From Cetorhinus maximus (taxonomy: Eukaryota), in the NCBI RefSeq assembly GCF_964194155.1, contig NC_135898.1:48050001-48114000 (forward strand): a stretch of DNA of 64,000 bases, written 5' to 3'. Shown here one piece after another: positions 38,205-49,074 of the stretch. A program made the translations under genes and the position numbers. Positions within the stretch are counted from its first letter, which is position 1. The number at the start of each line of letters is the position of its first letter. The notes beneath the pieces were generated by a model that saw only the letters and a list, made by a program, of their open reading frames with translations, was not told the origin of the DNA and did no database searches.

Positions 38205-38635
38205 GCTCGCTGACTTTCTCTCTTTGATCTCACTGTCTCTCTCTCTCTGCTCTTTGTCTTTCTCTCTCCTCCATCACTCTCTCTCTCCACTCTCACTGTC
38301 TCTCTCTCTCTTCTCTCTCTCTCTCCTCTCTCACTATCTCTCTGTCTTCTCTCTGCTCTCACTTTCTATCTCTGCCCTCTGACTGTCTGTGTCTCTCCTC
38401 TCTCACTGTCTCCTCCCTCTCTGCTCTCACTGACTCTCCTCCCCTCACTGTCTCTCCCCCGTCACTCTCCTCTCACTGTCTTCCGCTCTCCACTGTCACT
38501 GTCTCTATCTCCTCTCTCATTGTCTCTTTCTCTCTGCTCTCACTGTCTCTGTCTCTGCTGTCATTGCCTCCCTCTCACTGCTCTCACTCTCTCCACTCTC
38601 ACTGTCCCTCTCTCTCTCTCCTCTCACTGTCCCTC
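38205..38635 (+). repeat. CT-rich (ctctcactgt-type) low-complexity array, left part
   Basis: Directly visible. Confidence 0.9.
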
Positions 38636-40660
38636 TTTGATAAAGTGCCACAGCAAAGGTTATTGCAGAAAATAAAAGCTCATGATATAGGGAGTAACAT
38701 ATTGGCATGGATAGAAGATTGGCTGGCTACCAGGAAGCAGAGAGTAGGCATAAATGGGTCTTTTTCAGGTTGGCAAAATGTAACAAGTGATGTGCCACAG
38801 GGGTCAGTGCTGGGACCTCAGCTGTTTACAATTTATGTAAATGACTTAGATGAAGGGATGGATGGAATGGGTGCTAAATTTGCTGATGACACAAAGATAG
38901 CTAGGAAAGTAAGTTCTGAAGAGGAGGCCATAAAAAGATATATATAGACTAAGTGAGCGGGCAAAGATTTGGCAAATGTAATATCATGTGGGTGTTATGG
39001 CACAGCTGATGGCAAATGCTGAATTGTTCAAATCCCAAAGGGAAACTTTAAACAACTGCCACAACTTGATTTATAATTTGTATAAATTTCGAGATGTATG
39101 CCCTAAATTCAGTAGTAATAAGACTACCAAGTCTTATAGATTTTTACAAAACTAGATTAAACATTTATTAATAGAAGAAATGACTTTAAAATACATACAT
39201 AGATCTAAGAATTACTGCTATGATAACTTCTAAGTCCCCTACTTAATCTGATTCCCAGTTACACCTTTGTTAAGGCAACAGTAAGACACACAATTTTAGA
39301 AGATCCAGGAAAAGTAAACAATACCCTGAACAGTCGAATTCAAAGTGAGTTCTCTTAACTTCAGTCGTTGAAGGCAGCAGTTTGGTACATACAGGCTGAA
39401 GGCATTTCACACTTGTTGAATCTTAGACTTCCTTGCCTTCGTTCATTTATACATATTTTCCCCTTTGAATGCAAATACCCACTGTTTCATTGTCTTTGGG
39501 CATCTTCCTGATAATAAAAATCTCTCATAGCACTAAGTTTACCAGTAATCTTTGGGAAAAATAAGTAAACACTATTTCTTACTACTTCTGCTGGCTAAGT
39601 ATCCATTACACCCCCACTTTTGAATTCAAGCCACACCACTTTTGTTTAAATAATTCAAGTTTCACCCTTTACACTTCACATTTTAAAACTTCCCCATGTT
39701 TACCTAATTAAGACTTCAAACCTAACTTCTCTTCTTTTTCAAAGCACCCAGACTAGCTGCCTCTAATTCTATTAAGTCTCACACAGACACATATAGACAC
39801 AGACTCTATTTTACAATAAATTCCAATAACACCATGGACATTATTATATCTTCCTGAGAGGTGGAAAAAGGTGAAGTTGTACATTTTGGCAGGAAGAATA
39901 AAAGAGAAGCGTATTATCTAATTGGTGAGAGATTGCAGAGCTCTGAGGTACAGAGGGATCTGGGTGTCCTAGTGCGTGAATCACAAAAGGCTAGTATGCA
40001 GGTACAGCAAGTAATTAGGAAAGCTAATAGAATGTTATCATTTATTGCGAGGGGAATTGAATACAAAAGTAGAGAGGTTATGCTTCAGTTGTACAGGGCA
40101 CTGGTAACATCACATCTGGAGTACTGCGTACAGTATTGGTCACCTTATGTAAGGAAGGATGTTACTGCATTAGAAGCAGTTCAAAGAAGGTTTGCCAGAC
40201 TAATACCTGGAATGGGTGGGTTGTCTTATGAAGAAAGATTGGACAGACTATGCTTGTATCCACTGGAGTTTAGAAGAGTAAGAGGTGACTTGATTGAAGC
40301 ATGTAAGATCCTGAGGGGTCTTGACAGGGTGGAAGTGAAGAAGATGTTTCCTCTTATGGGAGAATTTAGAACTAGGGGTCACTGTTTAAAAATAAGGGAT
40401 CACCTATTTAAAACAGAGATGAGGTAACATTTTTTCACTCAGATGGTCATGAGTCTTTGGAACCCTCTTCCTGAAAAGGTAGTGGAAGCAGAATCTTTGA
40501 ATATTTGTATGGTAGAGGTGGATAGATTCTTGGTAAGCAAGGGGGTGATAGGTAATCGAGGTTAGGTGGAATGCAGATTTCACTATCAGATCAGTCATGA
40601 TCTCATTAAATGGTGGAGCAGGCTTGAGGGGCTAAATGGCCTACTCCTTGTTCAAATGTT
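38636..40660 (+). mobile_element. CR1 LINE (5'-truncated) interrupted by a solo LTR
   Basis: FDKVPQQRLLQKI...VPQGSVLGP...KFADDTK, then ORF 39861-40427. Very similar to the 29557-31047 copy but in the opposite orientation. Confidence 0.9.
38993..39859 (-). mobile_element. Solo LTR nested in CR1
   Basis: Starts tgttatgg, ends ttcctgaga (degenerate ...TGACA), and cleanly interrupts the CR1 RT. Shares a ctgaatttag motif region with the 34549-35283 LTR. Confidence 0.65.
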
Positions 40661-40669
40661 CGTCTGTTT

Positions 40670-42540
40670 GGTCTCATTGTCTCCCTCTCTCTCCACTCTC
40701 ACTGTCTTTCTCTCTGCTCTCACTGTCTCTCTCCTTTCAATGTCTCTCTCTCTCTCTCTCCACTGCCACTGTCTCTCTCTCCTCTTTCACTGTCTCTTTG
40801 TCTGCTGTCATTGCCTCCTTCTCGCTCTCTCTACATCTCCACTCTCACTGTCTCCCTCCCTCTCCACTCTCATTCTCTCTCTCTCCTCTCTCACTGTCTC
40901 TCTCTCTCTCTGCTCTCACTCTCTCTCTCTCTCTGCGCTCACTCTCTCTCTGCTCTCACTGTCTCTCTCTCTCCGCTCTCACTGTCACTCTCTCCTCTCT
41001 CACTGTCTCTCTCTCTCTGCTCTCACTCTCTCTCTCTCTGCTCTCACTCTCTCTCTCTCTCTGCTCTCACTCTCTCTCTGCTCGCACTGTCTCTCTCTCT
41101 CCGCTCTCACTGTCACTCTCTACACTCTCTCTGTCTCTCTCCCTCTGCTCTCATTGAGTCTCTCCATTCTCACTGTTTCTCTCTCTCTCTCTCTCCACTC
41201 TCTCTCTCTCTGCTCTCACTGTCTCTCTCTTTCCTCTCTCACTGTCTCTCTCCATGTCTCTTTCCTCTCTCTCCGCTCTCACTGACTCTCTCTCCACTGT
41301 CACTGCCTCTCTCTCCTCTCTCACAGTCTCTCTCCTCTCACTGTCTCTCTGTTTCCACTCTCACTGACTCACTCTCTGCTCTCACTCTCTCCTCTCTCAC
41401 TGTCTCTGTCACTCTGCTTTCGCTGTGTCTCTCTCTCCGCTCTCACTGTCTCTCTCTGCTCTCACTGTTACTGTCTTTCTCTCTCCTCTCTCACTGTCCC
41501 TGTCCCTCCACTCTTACTGTCTCTCTCTCTCTCTCCACTCTCACTCTCTCCTCTTTCACTGTCTCTATCCCTGTCTGTCTCCTCTCTCTCCCTGCTCTCA
41601 TTCTCTCTCTCTCTGCACTCACTGTCTCTCTCTCTGTTCTGTCTCTGTCCACCCTCACTGTCTCTCTCTCTCCACTCTCACTGTCACTCTCTCCACTCTC
41701 ACTGTCTCTCTGTGTCTGCTCTCATTGAGTCTCTCCATTCTCACTGTCTCTCTCTCCACTCTCTGTCTGTCTTTCTGCTCTCACTGTCTCTCTCTCTCTC
41801 CCCCCTCACTGTCTCTCCCTCCGCTTTCATTGAGTCTCTCCATTCTCACTGTCTCTCTGCTCTCACTGTCTCTCTCTCTCTTTCCATGTCTCTCTTCCCT
41901 CTCGCTCTCTCTGCTCTCACTGACTCTCCACTGTCACTGCCTCTCTTTCCTCTCTCACTTTCTCTGTATCTCTGCTCTTCAATGTCTCTTTCTCTCTCTC
42001 CACCCTCACTGTGTCTCTCTCCGTTCTGACTGTCCCTCTCTCTCCATCCTCACTGTCTCTCTTTCCATTCTGACTGTCTCTCTCTCTCCACTCTCACTGT
42101 GTCTTTCTCTGCTCTCACCATCTCTCTCTCTCTTTCGCAGATGCTCTTCTCTCTTGCTCACCCTCTCCTTTCTTGCTGACTCGCTTTCACTGACTCTCTC
42201 TCGCTGACTTTCTCTCTCTCTTGCTGGCTCTTTCTCTCCCTCATTGCCTCTCACTCTCACTGTTTCTCCCTTTCTTGCTGACTGTCTCTCGTGACTCTCT
42301 TCTCTCGCTGTTTCTCCCTCTCTCGTTAACGCTCTCTCTCTCATGACTCTTCTCTCATCGAATCTCTCTCGATGAACCATTGCTGACTATCTCCTAAATC
42401 GCTAACTCTCTCCTGCTGACTCTCCTCTCTTGCTGATTCTCTCTCTGAATCTCTCTCTGTCTCACTCTCTGCTCTCTCAATGCCTCTCTGTCTTGTTGAC
42501 TCTCCCCTCTCCCGCTGACTCTGCCTCTCCCGCTGACTCT
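40670..42540 (+). repeat. CT-rich low-complexity array, right part
   Basis: About 1.9 kb of (ct)n interspersed with cactgt, ctgctc and ccactc motifs. Confidence 0.95.
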
Positions 42541-43407
42541 CATCTACACATTCTGCCGCTTTTAACCTTGTCCTTTCGCTCTCTGTTCTCTACCTAACAA
42601 ATCTTTATGTGAATTCTGCTCCATTGTAAAATGCTATGTAAACACTCCTGTGGAACCTACATCTCATGTAAAATGTCTACAGGGAGCTGTGATGTTTCAC
42701 TCATACTCAGAGCTACTCTAATAGGATTACCAATGTTAATCTGATCACTGAGCTATAATGGCTGCCTGGAGCACCACACTTTAATCAAATTCCTTCCGGT
42801 CTTCTGCATGGAGTTGCAGAGTTTCCACCACTGGGGGTACTGTAAAGTCTCTGTCCAGTCTACCATCCATCGGAGTGCTGCTGTAGGCTTCCATTCATCA
42901 ATACTCAATCCTTCTTTGCACAGAAATAAGTAGGTTTTTCTTTTTGAAATTCACTTTTAAAATATTCTTTTGGCATTTTAGGAGAGACCCGACCCCTGCA
43001 CCTGAGAAATTAGCTGCCAAAGCTGGAATCCTGGCTGCTGCCAATTACTCACATAACCTTCCTTTTCCCACTCCTCTCCCCTCAGCCGGTCCACTCATTT
43101 CCAATGGCTCCTGCAGTAGCCCCTGGCCTGTTTCCTTTGAGTTGACTGCCCCTTGTGTCTGCCTCCCCCGTTCTTTCCCTCACTTCCACACCCCACCCCC
43201 AACCTCCAGCCATGCTTCACCTTGGCATCTACCAGTACTCGTCCTCTATCCGGCCTGCCCCACTCCCTGCTCACCTCAAGACTGGCCTTCTGACCTCCCT
43301 GCCTTTCGACCTACAACCATGCTCCCTCTCCCTGCAACCCAGTAACCTGCCAGTCTCTAACTATGGCCTATAGTCTCTAACTGTGGTCTCCAGCTCTCTC
43401 AAACTCT

Positions 43408-44872
43408 GAAATCACAATTAAACAGGTTCAGGACATAGCAGTCCACGACTGATAAATGGGAATGCGAACCAACAATTAAAAATTGCTACTCTGAGAATAG
43501 TTTCCAGTCAAAGTATAGCCAATCAGGTAATTCAAAGAATATTTTTGAAAATAGTTTTGGTTACCATTTTGTTTATCTGTTCGCCTGAGCAACACTGCAC
43601 CAAAGGACATTTTCAATATACCAAACACATAAAAATATATAATTCAGAACAAACGTCATTAAGCACATCCATATCTGTTTCATGCCATTGTAGAATTCTG
43701 CACAATATGCCTCCTACTGCCCTCACCAGGCCTATCTGCTTTCAGTATAACCAAACCATTGGGACCTCTCCCTGCCCAGCACTCTCAGAGTCTGGGTTTC
43801 TCTCCATAAGGCTTCTAGATCTTGGGTCACTCCCCCCACCCAGGTGCTTCCAGACCCATGATTCCCTCACTGCTGTTGGGTTCCACGAATTTCACCTTGT
43901 TTGCAGATGCTGAGTATATCATAAATATTCCCAGATTCTTAAACCCCTTCCCCAGCACTTCCAGATTCAGGAACTCTTCTTCCTAGTATTTCCAGACAGA
44001 AGAATTCCTCTCACCCACCCATTCACCCTCCTCTTCCCATCTGTTAGATCCCATCCCCCTGCGCCCTATACAATTAGACACTAAGATTGACCAGTGTAGC
44101 CAAGAAAGAAATCAACCAAAGGAAACCAAAGCTAAGCTCATCAAACAACTCAATGTCTTTTCAAAAAAAACTTTCATTTGCTATTTTTCATCACCTCAAA
44201 TACCCAGAGCTCAAAACAGCATCTTAAGAAACTTAAAACTTACATTTTTCATGAAGTAGTTTTTGTGTTTTTTGATGTTTTCATTAGTGTTTTTACTCAG
44301 GGCCTCAGGTTCCCTCAAAATCCTAAACTCAGGATTGATATCACTCAAAAGTTGATATGAGTTACTAACTGCCCCTATGCCAGCAGTCCCTAGGATGTCA
44401 CTGTCTACATGTAATGCAATGTGAAATATTTTCCAGTGTGCATCAATGTTATTCTCTCAGGACATGTTGTAGAAATAGTTTCTATGTTCTTCCAAATGAT
44501 TTGAAACCAACTTGAAGAAAGAATTTGAATAGCTGGAAGAAGATAGATCTGGTGAGGGCAGGAGGAGGCATAGTTTTCAGGATTCTACAATGGCATGAAA
44601 CATACATGAGCATGTTTAATGTTGTTTGTTCTGAATTATATATTTTTATGCATGTGATATATTGAAAATGTTCTTTGGTGCAGTGTTGCTCAGGCAAACA
44701 GACAAATAAAATGGTAACCAAAGCTATATTCAAAAATATTCTTTGAATTACCTGATTGGCTATACTTCTTTTATTGGAAACTATTTCCTAAGTACCAATT
44801 TTTAATTCTTGGTTTTCATTCCCATTTATTAGTTGTGGATTGCTGTGTTCTGAACCTGTTTCATTGTAATTT
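43408..44872. repeat. Inverted duplication, arms about 43408-43745 and 44530-44872
   Basis: Arms are reverse complements, mirrored in the ORF track (43545 + KIVLVTILFICSPEQHCTKGHFQY versus 44733 - NIALVTILFVCLPEQHCTKEHFQY). Confidence 0.9.
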
Positions 44873-45505
44873 GTTGGTATTTTATGAAAACAATACTTAA
44901 ATAGAGCAATTACAAAGGTGATTCCCACTTTTAGATCTGATACTTTGAATTATGGCATGAGATATATGAAAGTGTGACTAAACATGCATGTCTCTGTGAC
45001 ATTGCTAATGTCTACTCTAGTGATAATTGTAAGGTTTAGCTGCAAACCTTGCTACGGCCATGGTTTAACTATTCCCTCTGAAAAAATGGGTCCAGCTAAT
45101 TGTAACAGTTTGAAAACTTGAGGTCACTCAGAGTGCAATTGTCACAACTTATACGTTTCAGATTCCAAGTTATTAACTGTTTTCTTTCTCTTCATTTTTG
45201 ATTGTTTTTCATCTTCAGTAAATTGTGTTTTCTGAAGTGTGATACCTGTGTGCTGATGTGCCATTTACAAATAGAATAGACATAGCAATTATCTACAAGG
45301 TTTTGGTCAACATTGTTCCATTAAAATGGGCTGCATTTTACAGGATGCCATGTTCCCCATCTCCCCAACAAAAAGTTGGTTGGGAGCCCATCCGTGCCCT
45401 GCAGCCATTTTACATGCAGCCGGGTGTTAACTGGCTCAGGGTTTTCACCCCCTCATCTGGGGAGGAAGCCCCACCTTAAAGAGTTGCATGCCAATTGGAT
45501 TGGCA

Positions 45506-46803
45506 GTATTGGTTGGACTCAATGCTTATGTGTGCGTTTCACTTTCACGTCCTGAATCTGTTATGGAGAAAGTTCCTTTTCCTCATTTACAGGCTGAATA
45601 AATAAACAGAATAGTATCAGTTATTCACTGATGGTAATTCATCATTTAAATACTGCATTTTCAAATTGCTGTGACTGTTGAATTCAATAAAAAGTGAGGC
45701 TGATTTCATCACTACGTTTAAATTCTCCTCCTTGTGGCCCACTGGCAAATGATGTACTAGCCAACATCACAACGTTAAAGGGATATATGTTCCCTATTGG
45801 ATCAGTGACATTGGGCTGGATCTTAGACTCCTCCACTGGTGTGTTTGAAGGTGGGGATTACACTATGAAATGTATAAGTTGTGACAGCTGCACTCTGAGT
45901 GACCTCAAGTTTTAAAGCTGTTACCATTAGCTGGATTTATCCATATGGACCCACTTTTTTCAGAGGGCATACTTGAACCATGGTCTTAGAAGCTGTGTAG
46001 CCCCAGCAGTACCAGGTTTGAGTGGTGGCTACTGCTGGGACTACAGCCAGTCCCCGAAGAAGAGAAGGTAATGAAGGTATGTCTGAGATATTGGCAGGTG
46101 TAGCTGGCAGACTCCAGTGAGGGGGTGAGGGCTGGGTTTGGAAGACCAGAAGGGGTAAAGGGAGATTATGACTTTGGGGTGCCTCCAATAAGTGCAGGGG
46201 ACTCCCCCCAAAGGAGGCGTTCGCCCCACCCACCCTTTGCCTGATACCAGCCTGCCCAATAAAAGCTGGATTACCTGCTTGGCATGGGCCTCCCCCTGTC
46301 ACAGGTAAAATTGTGACAGGGGCAGGAAGAGGCACTTGAATGGCCATTAATTGGTCACATAAGGGCCTCAATAGACCCAGGAGTGGGCAGGGTGCCCGTC
46401 GCCTCCGCCATCCTGCCCTTAAAAAGGGAGACAGGTCGGGTGCAGGTGATGAGAAGCCCACGCACTGAATTTTACAAGACTCCCACCTTCAAACATGCAG
46501 GCGGGGCAGTGTGAAATCCAGCCCAACATCGCTAATGTAATAGGGAACATATATCCCTTTAACATTATGACATTGGCTCGTCCATCGTTTGCCAGCGAGC
46601 CACAATGTGGAGAATTGAAATGTGGTGATGAAATCAGTCTCAATCTTCATTGAACTGAGCGGTCACAGCGATTTGAAAATGTAGTATACATCAGTGAATA
46701 ACTGATTCTGTTTATTTATTCAGTCAGTAAGGAAAAGGAACTTTCTCCAAAATAGTCAGAGGACTTGACAGGGATACACACCCAGGCAGTGAAACCAACA
46801 ATA
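45506..46803. repeat. Inverted duplication, arms about 45506-45856 and 46479-46803, enclosing a Harbinger-like MITE
   Basis: Mirrored ORFs 45694 + RLISSLRLNSPPCGPLAND...LKGYMFPI and 46643 - RLISSPHFNSPHCGSLAND...LKGYMFPI. MITE-type ends gggctggat (about 45813) and atccagccc (about 46516). Confidence 0.88.
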
Positions 46804-47539
46804 AAACTCACCCAAACTGACAACAACCTAATAACAACTGCAACTCTCAGTTTCTCTTACTAATTGCTCTGACTATTCATGTAGCTGCTTTGCTAGCTCT
46901 CTCTCTGTCATTCTCTCTGCTCCTTCCATCTCTTTCTCAGTTGCCTTCTCTCTGGAATACTCACTTTCTGCAATCTCTTTCCCAATGATCCTTTTTCCAT
47001 CTGATTTTATCCTAATATCCTGTCCCTGCATTCTGTTCACCAGCCCTGTGTTTAATGATTCTATTCTCACTGTCAGTTTGTTCAATGTTGAAACCTCTAT
47101 GAATAGATTAAAATTATTTTTTTATATTTTGAAATTCTTTTTACTTTATAAGTTATTTCATTTAGGTATTTACTGTACATGCACGGTATTTAAACTTAAA
47201 TTTTTTTTCTGATGAGAAATGACCAAAAGAACCTAAATCCAGTTTATATTTTAGTCCCAATGGGAAATCTGATTCGAGTAAAGTCTCAGGAACATGACTA
47301 GGGTATTAAGTGAGCAATTACTGTATAATATATAATACTTCTGAATGCATGCGTTTTTTATAGATAATAGTCTACATATATATAAAGAAACATTTTTGTT
47401 ATATATGTTTATATTCTGTTTATCAGTTTTTCCTATTCCAAATTCCTATGTCCGTATTGATAGTGGAAATCGCCAATAGAAACTTGTAATGCTGTCATTA
47501 CACCCAGTGGTGATGCTGTGACTCAGCCTGTGTTACAAA

Positions 47540-47735
47540 GAAAAGCAAAATACTGCAAATGCTGGAAATCTGAAATAGAAGCAGAAAATGCTGGAAATAC
47601 TCAGGAGGTCTGGTAGCATCTACGGAGAGAAACAAAGTTAACATTTCAGGTCGATGGATCCATCTGAATCATTAACTTTGTTTCTGTCTCCACAGATGCT
47701 ACCAGTTCTGCTGAGTATTTCCAGCATTTTCCAAT
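47540..47735. mobile_element. Hairpin made of two inverted Penelope-type termini
   Basis: gaaaatgctggaaatactcag...gttaacatttcaggt pairs with atctgaatcattaac...ctgagtatttccagcattttc. Confidence 0.7.
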
Positions 47736-48001
47736 TTTATTTGTTGAAGAAGAGGAAACTTCTCTGCTCCAACCATTGTATTTGGTTTCACATCTGCCAG
47801 AGCGTATGGAAATGTTCACAGATTGCACTGTTAAATGCTTTATGATTTACCTGTTTGTTTTGCACTTTCTTTACTTTCAATGCTTATATCTTTGTTGAAA
47901 GGAATATTCACTGTTAACTGGAAAAGTCCATCAGAGTCCGTGCTTGTGGTTGCTGACTTTATGATTATGGTATTTGACTGTACCTTTTGCTTCATGTACA
48001 G

Positions 48002-48015
48002 GTGCGTGCCCTTAG
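48002..48015 (+). CDS. RBP4: RBP4 terminal coding exon (G-A-C-P-stop)
   Basis: Polypyrimidine acceptor ccttttgcttcatgtacag|GT GCG TGC CCT TAG. Phase 1 matches the previous exon and supplies the sixth conserved Cys. AATAAA follows at 48170. Total CDS 591 bp. Confidence 0.85.
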
Positions 48016-48169
48016 ATCCACTGGATTATTGTAACTTTGGCAAAGGCTGTGACTGCAAACATCAGTCTGCAGCACTGCACCAGGACCAGCTTTCGTCACC
48101 TTGTGAATATATTTTTCTAAAACTCGCATTTTAAATACAAGCGGATTTCCAGTCATGTATTGCTCTTCC

Positions 48170-48175
48170 AATAAA
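48170..48175 (+). terminator. RBP4: RBP4 polyadenylation signal
   Basis: AATAAA about 155 nt after the stop, followed by GT/T-rich sequence. Confidence 0.7.
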
Positions 48176-48212
48176 GTTATGACAAACATTTGTGTATAAA
48201 TATTCTTACAGT

Positions 48213-48218
48213 TTTAAT
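48213..48218 (-). terminator. FFAR4: Candidate FFAR4 polyadenylation signal (ATTAAA)
   Basis: First AATAAA/ATTAAA hexamer found on the minus strand downstream of the FFAR4 stop. Confidence 0.4.
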
Positions 48219-48663
48219 TGTTGAATCAATTTTGTGGGTCTGGCCAACTATAGAAGGAAGACAAATGTTTAGTAAAAGAACCGTATCATTTTTTTACATT
48301 GTCACAGAATGTGATATCAGGATGGTAGAAGGCAAACCACATCATCTTTTTTCATCTTGCAATCCTAGCTTCCCATATGAGTTGTGTCGGGAGTTGTCAG
48401 ATCTGCCATTAATTAATTTGTATTAATCCTGCAGCAAAAGTGTCACAAAGAACAATCTCCTTTAGTGCCGTACAGATTTAACAAGAGTAAAGAAAAACTT
48501 AAAGCACCAAACACAATACACACAACAATTTGTGCCTTTGGGGTCCATGTGACTATTATACTGCACCTTGTTTTCCCACCTAAATACATAATCAGAATCC
48601 CTTGATCCAGTCATATAAATTTACTCTATGAAGTTCCTTTTCTATATTTCCCTTGTTGAAAAT

Positions 48664-49074
48664 TTAGCCACAAATAACAGAAGGTGCTGCCTGTGACTCT
48701 TGCCCTCTGACATTTGTATGTGTAAGTTCCGTAGCTCTTTTGTCACTGCTCTTAAAATGGAAGAAACAAAGCACATGTCGCCATTCGCCCCGAAATTGAG
48801 TGGCACCATATAAAATAGGATTCAGAGCTGAGTTGGTGAGTGTAAAGGTACAGACCCAGAAAAACACGGTGGGGGTGAGGAACACCTTTTTAAAGTTCTG
48901 TGCTAGAATCAAGAAGATAATTAGATAAATAGGTGTCCACATGATAAAGAAAGATATCATGAGTATCAGGAGAGTCCGGAAGAGCCAATATTCCTGTTTG
49001 GAAACTCGAATTTGTTGTTGGTCAACTGAACACGTCCTGCTGGCCTGCAATCTTTTGCTGGCGGCTTTGGTAAT
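48664..49074 (-). CDS. FFAR4: Free fatty acid receptor 4, coding exon 3 (ICL3, TM6, TM7, C-tail)
   Basis: cacag|ITKAASKRLQ...QIRVSKQEYWLFRTLLILMISFFIMWTPI...FFWVCTFTLTNSALNPILY...SVICG-stop. 411 bp. Confidence 0.95.
   Translation of the reverse strand: MTKAASKRLQASRTCSVDQQQIRVSKQEYWLFRTLLILMISFFIMWTPIYLIIFLILAQNFKKVFLTPTVFFWVCTFTLTNSALNPILYGATQFRGEWRHVLCFFHFKSSDKRATELTHTNVRGQESQAAPSVICG

Noticed and set aside
40566-42380. Long Ser/Leu-rich and Arg/Glu-rich ORFs (up to 305 aa)
   Set aside because: Artefacts of a stop-poor CT repeat that is open in several frames.
23823-48015. Lipocalin as purpurin rather than RBP4
   Set aside because: Its position between PDE6C and FFAR4 and the KYWG and [13 protein letters not shown] motifs favour RBP4.
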